DNA of 56,314 nt from Rhina ancylostomus (Eukaryota), in assembly GCA_030265395.1 (NCBI GenBank), contig JARFYF010000055.1, positions 25,418,388-25,474,701 of the forward strand. Reading direction: 5' to 3'. The position numbers and the translations under genes are program-made. Numbering within the stretch: position 1 is the first letter of the stretch; each line of letters begins with the position of its first letter. This document shows, one piece after another, positions 38,360-50,574 of this stretch. The notes under the pieces were generated by a model. It did no database searches. It worked only from the letters and a program-made list of their open reading frames with translations, and was not told the origin of the DNA.

Positions 38360-39269
38360 CAGGCAGTCCCTGAGTTACGAATGCCCAACTTACGAACATT
38401 CGTACTTACAATTGGACCTCCAGGACTGCCTGTATTTTTTTAAAAATCGAGTTACATACAATGGTTCGTACTAACGAATGGGCGGACTACTTTGCGCAAC
38501 ACTCAAAACACTGCACGTTTTAAGTGGTTCGTCGGCCTATAATCATGGCTTCAAAGCATAAATCTCATCCAAGTAATGGTGCTGCATTGAAGAAAAGGAA
38601 AATGATCACGATTGAAACGAAAGTAGAAATAATAAAGCGCTCAGGGAGAGGTGAAACGCCAACAAACATTGGAAGAGTGTTAGGCTACAGTCGGTCAACG
38701 ATCAGGACAGTTATAAAGAACAAGGAGAGAGTAATGGAGTATGTAAGAGGTTCTGTCCCAATGAATGCAACAATTATCACTAAACAATGCAGTGATTTAA
38801 TTAGTGAAATGGAAAGGCTTTTGGTAATTTGGTTCGAGGATCAAAATCAGCGTAATATTCCTATTAGCCTTGGCTTAGTGCAAGAAACGGTGCAAAGCCT
38901 TTTCAGTGATTTAAAGGCTGCACGTGCAGCAAGTGAAGGTGCTTGTGATGAAGAATTTGTTGCAAGTANNNNNNNNNNNNNNNNNNNNNNNNNNNNNNNN
39001 NNNNNNNNNNNNNNNNNNNNNNNNNNNNNNNNNNNNNNNNNNNNNNNNNNNNNNNNNNNNNNNNNNNNCTTTTATTTTCTGTCTAAACAGTTTAAGAAAT
39101 GTTTCTTTAATGTTTTTATACCTATACACACACATACATTCTCTCAATTATAAACATTTGACTAATTGACGCTAGATGTGAACTGGATGGAACTGTTCCG
39201 ACTTACATACAAAATCGGGTTACGAACAGACTCAGAAACGGAACTTGTTCGTAATCCGGGGACTGCCTG
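38360..39269 (+). mobile_element. Tigger/pogo (Tc1-mariner superfamily) DNA transposon with a gap in the middle
   Basis: Imperfect ~22-bp TIRs CAGGCAGTCCCTGAGTTACGAA / TTCGTAATCCGGGGACTGCCTG. TA duplication at 38358-38359 and 39270-39271. Confidence 0.93.
38545..38968 (+). CDS. Tigger transposase N-terminus (CENP-B-type HTH domains), open up to the gap
   Basis: MASKHK...KKRKMITIETKVEIIKR..GE...IGR.LG.SRSTI.TVIKNK...EMERLLVIWFEDQNQRNIPIS...EEFVAS, typical of TIGD1-like DNA-binding domains. No DDD domain is visible. Confidence 0.85.
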
Positions 39270-39280
39270 TACTTCAAAAA

Positions 39281-39345
39281 TAGCAGGAAGATACTTTAGG
39301 ATATCCCAGAATACTTTAGCAGGAAGATACTTTAGGATATCCCAG
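39281..39345. repeat. Tandem duplication, period 36 bp
   Basis: TAGCAGGAAGATACTTTAGGATATCCCAG at 39281-39309 and 39317-39345. Confidence 0.95.
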
Positions 39346-42279
39346 GAGCTGCAGAAACTCAAGCCCACTTTTAATTTCATCTAAAGGCTCTCCCCAAGAA
39401 TAGTGTCACATTGTTATTTTGATTGAAGCAATCTTATGATAACAATAAGTGTAAGTATAGTCATTGAAAGTTAAGCAAAACATTTGTGATCGCCTCACCA
39501 GGACACATGCAAAGAGTAGGAGTTGCCATTTGCGAACATACTTCTTTTAAAGAGTCAAGGTTCCAAACTGTTGCATGATGTCCTTGCATGTGTTACAAAG
39601 CCAAGGCTTGTATTTGATTCCTTTTACATGCAAGATTTACATAACAAGAAACAGATGTACTCATTTGACATCATCTGTATGCAACAGCCAGATATTAAAA
39701 AGGGTGAGTATCTTTGTTGCAAAATCAGTTGAGCAAACAAGGATGCCAGTAGGTCAGATGCTGGTGTAACCCAAGGAAAGTGAATTCTTTCCAAAAAATA
39801 TCGACTGCTAACATTGCACTTATTATCAAGCAAATTCAGGAGATAAAGAATTATGGTCCAACTTAGAAATCCTCAGAATTTATTAAATGATTTATGCTGT
39901 TCCACTGACTGCACAAAACGTCATCTATCCTGAACCTCCCAGTTATTTTTGAAGAACCAACTGGATTGAACTTGAATGGACATTGAAACTCAATGCAGAA
40001 AGTCAGGACTGGAATTTAATAGCATAAGTATGCTTTTAACAATGCAATATTTGTTTATGCAATCCCAAAAAATTTCTGTCCCTGTCCTTTAAAAGGAATT
40101 TAAAGTATTAACCTATTTTCTTCATGCAGTAAACTGGTGTTCATGATTTTAAAAACATGCAATCCTAAACTTGTTCATAAAAAATTAGTTTCCCAATCAC
40201 AACATTTGACATGATTATCAAAGATCTTATTTTGTTACTATACTACTTGTATCTTTTTTTTAACAGAACCAGCATTCATTCTGCTTCATGGCTGTTTTTA
40301 TTCCTGTAGATTATCAGCACCTAATCCCTATCCTCAAAACAATGACTCCTTGCCTGGAATATGTGTGACTGAGCAGAGTGACAACTGTGTACACTTTAAC
40401 TCCCAATTCCCAAGGATGCCAGGACTAAATCATGTGGTCCAATTGTTTCCCCTGGTCAAGACTAATACAGTGATATTCACCATCTGCGTGGTTCAGCTTC
40501 ACACCGCATAAAGCCACTGAGCATTGTTTGAAATATAACCTCAAACATGTTGCAGTTTTCTGCAGTTTTATCCAGCTTGAACCTTGTCATCAATAGCATT
40601 TGGCAATAATTAACCCTGAAGACAAAAGCTTTCCTGAAATGAATAAAACATATGAAGTGCAATGCATCTTTGAGGGTGATTGCTTGGAGGTCCTAGTAAA
40701 ACACAGAAAATGAAAATAATGCAACACATGTGCACATCATAAATCCTGGACATTCAATTTACTGTCTCCAACATTGCCTTTTTCTGTTGTCCTTAATTGC
40801 TTCAAACAAGAATTGATCTTTTGTTTCTTTTTTGGCAATCTGATACATTATTGGCAAAACCCACATTTTTCCCAATGCAAGGTTCTAGAAATGATCAAAC
40901 CAATATTATATTGTCATGTGCCCCTAAGTATTACACTTAGTGACTGTGCGAATGGAGATTTAATACTAACCAATGCACCATTTGTAGATCTGATGAAAAA
41001 ATGATCTCCATTCGAAATGACAACAGCAGTAAGTATCAGGCACATCTGGTGTGAAATCACCAAGTGCAGTATTTCGTGTCAATAATCATTTTCTGTGTCA
41101 ATTCCCTGAAGCCCATTTTTTGCTGTCAAAGCCAGGGGCTGTAACACTGCCACTAGAGAATTCATTCCCAGTGTATGGGGGAAAATGGATCAAGGACATT
41201 TAGTGTTTTAGCTCAGGACCTGACTTCATCAAAACTGCCCCTGGTTCAAACCCTGTGATGAAACATTGACCCTTCACCGAAAAAGCTAATTCATCCATTA
41301 AGAACTAGATTCCCTATGTTGCTGTACTTGTAAGGCATCATCAATCAACAATTTCTGAAATGCTTAACTTTTCAATTTAACTTTCAGGAAATAATCAGTT
41401 GGCTTTGCTTGTACAATGTCACTTTTCTATGCCAATCTGGTTATTTGGAGCAAACATATTTTATCAACTGAGACAATGGCCAGTTAACAATGATGAACTA
41501 CGCTCTGAAGAATTGTGCACAGAAACTTGACCAAGGAAGCAGTTGAGAAGCATTNNNNNNNNNNNNNNNNNNNNNNNTTTGTTCAATATTATGAATGCAA
41601 ATAAAATAATTATTACATTTTCAGCCAAATAACATAAAATACAGTTGGTCAAAGAAGTGTCATTTCTGGATCAAGGGGAATAAGGTAGAAGAATTACCAA
41701 TATTCTGATCTCACCTTAAAAATACAGCCGTCATTAATATAACCACAAATGAACCGGAAGGCGTGCTCAAACAATGATGCAAAACAAATCTCTAGAAAGT
41801 ACAACTATAATTAAGTAATGAACTCCCTTCCGCAATCTGACTGCTCTAACCTAAGGGGTGATTTCTTGCTAAGAAATTATAAGTCATGTCCTGGTTAAAA
41901 AGCCAGATCATTCACAGAATTACCTTCCAGCTTCTTCACATCCAAAGCAGCACTACTAATGTGCCAAAATACAAAATAGAATAGTTTAGAATTCAGAATG
42001 TTTCAATTATGTATCTCAAATTCCATGTCTAAAACATTATTGCATACATGTACAGTGATTTTGCTGCAGGCAAATTTGCATTTCAGAGACAAAAACATGA
42101 CATGAAGACTAAGATACTCTCATCATTTCTGCTAAACATACCAGCTGCAGATGTGTAACACGTTGGGCTTTTGTGCAAGAATATTTCAGCCCACTGATTT
42201 GTATACTGGATGTCTTAAAGTTTAATTAAAGATTTTCTGTCTGGACAACAATTTCAGGACTACTTGTATTACTAGGGTT

Positions 42280-42625
42280 GAAAGGTAGCACTCTCATCTC
42301 TGAATCATAAGGCTGGAGTTTTGAGCATAACTCCAGGATCTTGAGAACATAATCAAAACTAATACTCTGTACAATCCTGAGGGAGTGGTGCACTGTCAGA
42401 GGGACATCTTGCAGATGAGACAATAAAATGAGATTCTGTTGGCCATCTCAGGTGAATAAAAATGATTCTATGACACTATTTGAAGGACAGGACAAGCTGC
42501 CCAGCATTTATCTCTGAAATAATCTTATTAAAAAAGGTTTCCTGTTCATGCACCTTGTCACTATTTATTGAACTATTCTGTATGCAATAAATCTAACAAC
42601 AATCAAGCTTGAAAAGCATCTGGTG
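42280..42625 (+). mobile_element. Deu-domain SINE (SacSINE/AmnSINE-like)
   Basis: ggtagcactctcatctctgaatcataagg...ctgagggagtggtgcactgtcagagg...cagatgagac...ctcaggtgaataaaaatgattctatgacactatttgaag. Confidence 0.75.
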
Positions 42626-43479
42626 CCTGAATTGTCCTGTTTTCTTATCACTTTGTGTTTTCCTTCAGATTCCAACACCTGCTGTAAGCAGGTATGTGAC
42701 ATGTACACTAAAATTCTGATAATATAGCATGCTTGGGACTTCAGTCCTGCTAGACTGATAGATTTTCTGGACTATTGAATGCTATTCCTATTAATACGCT
42801 GACACTACTTAATTCACTTTTTTTAAGGTGCTACACAATATTCCAATATATTTTTCAGTGCACCCAGTAGCATTGAAAACAAGCTCCTGGTGATCTCAAA
42901 AAAAAATGCAGGAACCAGGGCCCTAGTGAGTTTCAAGGGACCGCAGCAAACGTCACCAGGTGAGTCAGATGCCATAACACTGGGATTTCTGGATTACAGA
43001 CAGTGGATTATCAGAGTTTCACTGTATGTATGTTGTATACATTCTTGTGTAGTATGGAAAGTTGCAGAACAAGTTGCACATGGTGATGTCCATGTTTCTC
43101 TGCATATTCTGAAGCAAGGAATACAGCATAGTTACATAGAGCAGAAGAACATTAAAATGTGAATTCTTCGAGTCTGTCAGCTTTTAGGGGCAGATCCAGG
43201 AGCTTGGAACCACTGGTTTTAACTTTGACCACTTGCAAAAATTAGCTTAAGTTCAGTCTGTTGCAAGAAACCATGTAATCAGGTTTAAAAAAAGAAAACT
43301 ATGCCAGGGTGCGTAATATGACTTGAGGAGAAACAGCAGCACCATATGAGAAGGAAGAGAGCAAACAAGATTTCAACTGTTTACATCAGTGCATATGGTC
43401 AGGTATATGAGCCTTTCTACTTTCACATAGATACATGAAAAGATTTTCCTTTATATGGATATCTCATGGAGTCAGTTAT

Positions 43480-46400
43480 GATAAGAATATGCTGGTAATC
43501 CAAAATGGGACCACAAGAAAGCCATTCTTCTAACTCAAACCGTCCTTTTAATACCCCAACATTCTTTCAATTTACTTTCTTTAAGATGTTGCACAATATT
43601 ATATTTTCCAGTGAACCCAGTAAGTTTAAAGGGAGCGTGGAAAACACTTTTGAACATACAGTATGCCAGCAAATCTTTCAATGCGGTAGAAAAGGATGTT
43701 TTGTTTCGTGAAGTAGTACAAAGGTTGCAGGATTGTTTTGATCCTAGACAATCAGAAAATTGTGGAGAGCTCCAGATTTGGAAGCTGGAATCATCAAGCC
43801 TGACACCACTGAAGGATCTGTTTTGGTGTTGAAACTCTGGTCCCTTCTTCATTCCATGCTGCACAATTGTGGTTTAGTTGAAGAGCCAAATCAGACCAAG
43901 TTATTAAACACACAGAAACTCATATTTGATCTTGTGCACAAAATTACAGTGTCAACAGAAATATCACTGAGGAATGCCAAAGAATTTAGTTCAGTGCAAG
44001 CTACAAATATAACTGTGGCTTTCAATCACAGAGTGATAGCAGAAGCTATTGATTTGAAACAAAACTTGAACCATGTGGATGAGATTGGCAGGAACAGAAG
44101 TAATGGAAGCCATCCGACAGATGCTAATTTAAATCATCATATTGATTTAACAACCAGGAAAAATGGTATGCCAATCTCAGCATGCCAATCTAAAGCTAAG
44201 ATAGTCAATCAAAGCAATTATATCAAATGGGTAATTTTCAGAACAAGAAACCAACAAGAAGCGGTACTGAGGACAAAGCTTAGATTGCATTTATATCACA
44301 AACAGCAATGAAAGAAAGAAAAACAACTTCACAACAGAAGTATTGTTAAATGATCAGTGCATTCACATGAGCACAGATTGCTCAATGCTGGGCAAGGATA
44401 AGTTCAACCAATTACCACTAACAAAGACCACGGTGTATTTGAAAGCATGTTCAAAAAAATTATTGAAAACTTTAGGTCAAATGAAATGTTCAGTGCATCA
44501 CTAAAATCAGCAATAGAATTATCAATGGTCAAAACTGTTTGTAAGATTGGTCCAGAAAACTGAAACTCGATGGAAAGAGGTTTCAGCTATCCGCATCTCA
44601 AAATGACAGTTCAATATATTATAGGGAAAGCAAACAGAAATGTTCCTGGATACCTACGTAGTTATTACAAGTTGCAATGTCCATATCCGTGTCAAGCCAA
44701 GTGCAAAACAAATCTACTGCAAGACTCGTCCATGTACATTGTTGAACTAGGCGGAGAAAGAGTTAGATAAATTAGGATGAAATAGAGCTCTGGCGAAGAG
44801 CAGCGAGAGTGATCAGGAAGCATCAACTATGGAATCGGCAAAAGTAAACAAAGCTGGTTGACTACACGGTCTTTACAAGAAACCATTAAACCAAGTAGTT
44901 GACGATGATATTCATTATCCACTTCTTGAGGTTGGTATGTTGAGTTGACAGGCAGTTTTCACTTGACTAGATCTGACCCATACATACGCTAAGCTGGACA
45001 TGGAAAAGGCGAGCACAACAAACAATTCACAAATGTGTCTTTATTCTCATACATAAAATTTATATGATGCAAAATCATCATTGAAGATCTTTCAAGCAAC
45101 CAAGGACAAGAGTACAACAAGGAACAGGTCCTGATTGTACACTCTGGATAATTTATCAATAGCCACAATTATTATGAATATTAGAACTGGTCAGATGCTT
45201 GAGGAGCTTCACGAGAAGCAAGCATGCATTCTGAAGGCAGGTACAAATATTTCATATTCATTTGTTGGGATTCAGCTGCTACTGGCAAGAGTAGCATTTA
45301 TCGCCCATCCTGATGTGCTTTTTATGGTGTTGAGTCACCTCATTGATCCACTTCCGTTCATCCAGTAAAGTAATCCCTTGTGGTGTTGAGCATGGAATTC
45401 TAGCATCAATGCTGGAATGCCGGTATATTTGCAAGTCAGGGCAATGTGTCAGTTAGATGGTACTGTCATGTGCTTGCAGCCCTTATCCTTCATAGAGATC
45501 ATGGTTTTGGCTGGTGCAGTTGAATTAGCTGAGGTGAGTAACTGCAGTGCATTTTATAGATGATAGACACAACGAGCACAGAGCATTTGTGGCAGAGGGG
45601 ATGAATGTTCAGGGCAGTGGATGGGGTGCCAATCCAGCAACCTCTTTGCCTTGGCAGGTGTTAAGCTTCTTGGATATTATTGTAACTGCATGCATCCAGA
45701 TAAGCAGGGAGTATTCCAGCACACACTTCATTTGTGTCTTTAGGTGGTGGAAAAGCTTTGCGGTGTCAGGAGGAGAGTCATCTTCTGCAGGGTTCTCAGC
45801 TGCTGACTTGTTCTTGTTCCCAAAGTATATATGTGGTTTTCTAGTTGAATTTGTGGAAAACAGTGATGAAGGGGGATTCAGCAAGGGTAACATTATTGAA
45901 CGTCAAGGGCAGGTGGTTCAACTCCCAGTAGTTAGAGATGCTCATTGCCTGGCACTATTGCAGCACAAATATAACGCCATTTATTAGCCCATGCCTAAAT
46001 GTTACCCACATCTTGCACAGATAGGCATGGGCTTCTTCATTTTAATAAAGAATGGAATTTAATATTGTGCAATTATCAGTAAACATCTCCATTTCTGACT
46101 TTATGATGCAAGGAAAGTCATTCCTGAAGCAGCTGAAGATGGTTGGACTCTGAGTGGGGCAATACCCTGAGTGAAGTTCATATGCCGGAATGATTGACAA
46201 TGAATCACCGCAACCATCTTCCTTTGAGCAAGTTAAGACTCCAGACATTTTCAGGGTTTTCCCTAGTGATTCCCACTGACTTTGTTTTATGAGGATTATT
46301 TGATACCACACTTAATCAAATGCTGGCAGAACATGCCTGGGAAATTTACGTTATTGCCAGGTTGATATCACTGTCATAATTATATTGAACAAATTGGCTA

Positions 46401-48690
46401 ACAATGAAATTAATTCTGCAATGCATGTCTTCAGGACTAAATCCGGATATGGTCCAGTCCTATTGCCTTTGCTCTTTCCAGCACTCTCAGGGGATTCATG
46501 ATAAGGCACAGAGTGAGCTGAATTGGAAGAAAACAGTCTTCTGCAATGGTGGAGGTCTCAAGAGGAGAGTTGGAACATCCACTCAGAACATACTTCAATC
46601 TTGTCCTTGGCACTCATATGCTAGAGACCCCATCTTTGTAGATGGGAATACTTTTGGTGCCTCCACCTTTTTGTCCACTGCCATTCACAATGAGATATTG
46701 AGATTGATATGCTCCACTGGCTGTGAAATTCTTTAGCTTTGATTACGACATGCTTTACTTGTTTTGTACGTGGTTTACAACCAGTCAAAGAAAATATGGA
46801 AGCAAGCACGAAGGCAAGAAAACCAGAAAACAATTCAGAACTTTGGTCATCCCTGGGTCCAGGACATTATCTTTGGAATAATATCTTTGTTTCCTCAGTT
46901 ATCTCCCCTACTGTAACACCATTAACCTTCCACCAGTTTCAATATAAAGATCATACTTTCACATTCTGTGCCTGAATTCTGTCCAGATTCTGTCAGATCT
47001 TTCAACAGTACTGGCACCACTGCACCAGGCACTGAAGGAAAATGAAAGAAAGATTTGGGGGAAGAGGCAGCAAAAGTCACCTGACTTACCAAAGATGATC
47101 CTGGGAAGTGAATCTTTAATTGTTCAATTTGATACAGCATACACATTAAAATTTGTACGAGGTGCTTTTATGGAATACGAGTTGTAATAAATCATGCAAT
47201 GGACAATGGTCAAAAACAAAGTGTTTGCATCACATACATTAATCAAGATTAAGATGTGCTATCCTCAAATTGAGAACCATTCGGGCTTGCCTTTAGAATT
47301 TAAAAGTTTCATCAATTCCTATTGGACAGATTGTTTTTTTTAACTTTGGTCACAGGTTATTAGCCTTGGTTAGTAATTTTCTGGCTTAAGTTGCCAATAA
47401 TGACAATGGCTGGGATAGTCCCTCATATCAATATAATTATATATTTGAAAATAGAAATACAAAATAAAATGCAATTGCTGATACATTGTCAAAGTTACCA
47501 TGTGAGAATTCAGACACAGGATGTGAAAGTACGATCTTTATATTTAAACTGGTTAATGGTGTTGCAGTCGGGGAGGTAACTGGGGAAACAAAAACATAGA
47601 TATTGTTCTAAAGCTTTACAATCACAGACTGAATCAGACGAGTGTTCAGATGAAGACTCAAGGTTGTTCTTTAACCAATGAGCTGTTGACAGAAGAAGGT
47701 TGTGCAGAATGGGTACACCAAGTTGCTAGACCAAGTGTATGATGAAACATAATGGGATTTTTGAGCAGGAGGAGAATTGACAAAAGTTTTGTTTATTGGT
47801 CTGGATTGGGCATAGATCTTGAAAATACAAAAGAGGGAAATGTAACAACTATTAAGACTGCAGAGCTAAGCCAGCAAAGGCATCTTTACAGAGTTGGAAA
47901 TGGCCAACAGTACCTTCTCAAGAGTACACATTGAAATGGATCGAGGTGGAACATGCTGAGATGTGTACCACAAAATAATGCACTATTAAAGAACAGAGAT
48001 ATATTTTCTCATTTCATGGTTAATCAGAAGAGCAAGTTCAGGATAATGATCCTCAGTTTCCCTCATTTCTATCTGATTTCATTTCTATCTATCACTTATG
48101 TCTGATCATTTATTGAAACAAGTTGTGGACTTTTATTTTACAATATCAAGCGTCTGGCAATCATTGTGGAGAAAATGGTCATAATTGTCAAAGAAACATC
48201 TAAGAAATAAGTATTACAAGGTAGTGAATTTTAACAATGAGACATAGATTAACAAAAGTTCTTCCTAAACAGAACAGTGCTGTGCTCCATAACAGACTTT
48301 ATTCCTGCTGAGTTACTAATCCATTGAAGAATCACAATATTAATGAGCTTAGTTTGACCAAATCTTGAGGGGATATTGGAAGAGAGACGTCAAGATAGAA
48401 ATGAAATTGTGACTCGTCACAGAGAGATACAATGTAAACAACATGGTGAAGTCTGTGTGTCCCTGCCTTGCATGTTGGAATGATAGTTGAAGAATGTAGT
48501 ACAAAGAAATACCTTGTGCAAATAGAAGATAAAATCAGAAGGGTTCACATAAGCCACTTAATTCCAGCCAGGGATATTCAAGGAGAGTCATATGATCACA
48601 AGTGCATTACAAAAGATGATTTAGTGAAGGCTGTGGAAAAACAACATAAACTTATATTGAACTGAGCCAGGAAGTGCCGCCTTCCTCAAG
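43480..48690 (+). mobile_element. Decayed Gypsy LTR retrotransposon internal region (gag-RT-RNaseH-integrase)
   Basis: gag: QTKLLNTQKL. RT: LDLTHTYAKL, TLDNLSI, GLQPVKENMEA..PEN.SELWSSLG. RNase H: YPQIE, KFHQFLLG-like, IADTLSKLP. Integrase: FVYWSGL..DLE, WKWPTVP, KWIEV, DNDPQF, RRVH. Confidence 0.8.
45258..46765 (-). mobile_element. CR1/L2-group LINE (RT to 3' end) inserted in the Gypsy RT
   Basis: PTIFSCFRNDFPCIIKSEMEMFTDNCT (FADD box) and KTQMKCVLEYSLLIWM..KKLNTCQ. The Gypsy RT resumes at ~46770. Confidence 0.8.
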
Positions 48691-50084
48691 TCAAGAAGTG
48701 GATAGCAACAAGACAATTAAACCACTTATAACCAATTAACCATATTTAATATACCTAATTTATTTTAATAAGTGTAGCTTAGCCCCTAAATGTTGACGTC
48801 CTATTCATCTCAGAATCAAAATGTAAGATGTTGCTGTGCCCCTGGGAGAGCACAAAACGCCGGCATTCCACTGCTTGGCTTCACAAACAGCACATAATCA
48901 ACAAAGCCCAAGTAAACACTCACCAAGCCATTGTATGTCATCTTGCAATTGTGACCTGGACAATATGAATGCAAGTGTATTCTTTTTTGACTGACTTAAT
49001 CCAGTCATAATAACGCTCTCCAACAGAGCACAAAATAATTTGTAAAATATATAAGGCTACAAGATTGAAAATAAATACAATATCATGCAGGTTTTTTTCA
49101 GTCCAAACATTGCCATTTCATTGAGGTATGTTTTTTATATGAAATTGTGCTCAACGTATTCAACAACCTAGATTTTGCTGGGTTTTGCTGACAGCTCTAC
49201 CCTTGTAAACATCAGTGTTCATGACTCCCGTGTGAATCATGTCCTGAACTTCTGGGATCTGCTGTCACTATCCTGCATTAAGTCCTTAGGTGGAGTAGCA
49301 GCATGCTGCAAACTCCCAGTGGTTATGTTGCAGAATCTACTCTTGGACCTTATGTATTAAATTCCTTTTCATTTGAATTAAAGTGTTCCCCTGTGCTTTT
49401 AGATTTTAAAAAATAATTAACATTTAATTGTTCATATCATTTTATTTTTTGGTTTTTTTTACATTTCCAGAAGTCAGGGACATTCAAAAATATTGAAGAA
49501 CCAAGACAGCTTTGTCAGATGGCAAAGCTAGAACCATGGCTTTAGCACCAAAGATTTCCCCAAAGGTGTTTTGTGGATGGACCTTCTTCTGCCACACCTT
49601 CATGCCTCAGTTACATTATACAAGGTCCTGGTGCCATTCAGACCTTGCAGCTCTGGTTACAGGATGGTCCCCATCAGTAAGCTTACCTGTCCAGAAGGTT
49701 ACTGTTTGACTACAGCATATTTTAGCGGTGAGTGGCTTCCACTCAGCAAATCTGAACCATGTGAAAAACACTGGAACCTTTTTAAATGTTATTAAATATT
49801 CAACAAGACAAGGGGTATTAATAATGGAATTTTATTAGATTATAAGTGGGTATTGTGGCAGAGGCCAAGATTACTCCTTTTATTCCTGGTTACATTGAAA
49901 CTTTCCTGATGGGACTCCATCAGCATTATTGCTGCAAGACTAATTGGCATGCATGGCAGACCTATATACTCCCTCAAATTAATACCAGGCTGCTTCAGTT
50001 ACTGTCTTGCATATTAAATGAGACCTACTCCTCAGTTAGTGGATACCTTGGATTCTCAGTTGCCCACGAACCAATGCACCATCA

Positions 50085-50205
50085 GCCAGAGGCTATGGCA
50101 GAACCTTCACGAGCAGACCTGCAGTTGTTAAAGAGGACAGCTCACTTGCTCAAAGGTAATTAAGGACATGCAATAACTTCTGGCCTTGCCAGCGCTGTCC
50201 AATTG
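50085..50205 (+). mobile_element. 3' tail fragment of the same CR1/L2-group LINE family
   Basis: ctgcagttgttaaagaggacagctcac...ctcaaaggtaattaagga...ctggccttgccagcgc. Confidence 0.6.
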
Positions 50206-50574
50206 ACAGAATACTGGGAGCTTCTACCGGAACAGAATCAGTGAAAAGGTTAAAAACGATTGGACTTAAATAATATCATTTGTACAATAATTTGTCTTTG
50301 GCATGATCTTGCAGGAATCATCGTGGATTGTTTAAAATAATCTGAACTACATTTATTCACAGACAAACTGCATCCTGTGCAGAAATAAATCGTACATTCC
50401 TTTGCAGTAGTTTTGTTATCATTGCAGATTCCATGTGAAGAACTATATTACTTTGGCACAAATTCAAGTCAACTGGTCATGAAGTAATTGGTACCACTAC
50501 TGATTTCCAATCATGGGGAAATAGTTTCATGTCTAGACAAAGGGTAAAAGCAGAGAACAGGGAAGTTATCATTA

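Noticed and set aside
40320-41290. Faint resemblance to LF-SINE-like sequence; 8760-8930 and 12740-13000 are similar
   Set aside because: The similarity is too weak to support without an alignment.
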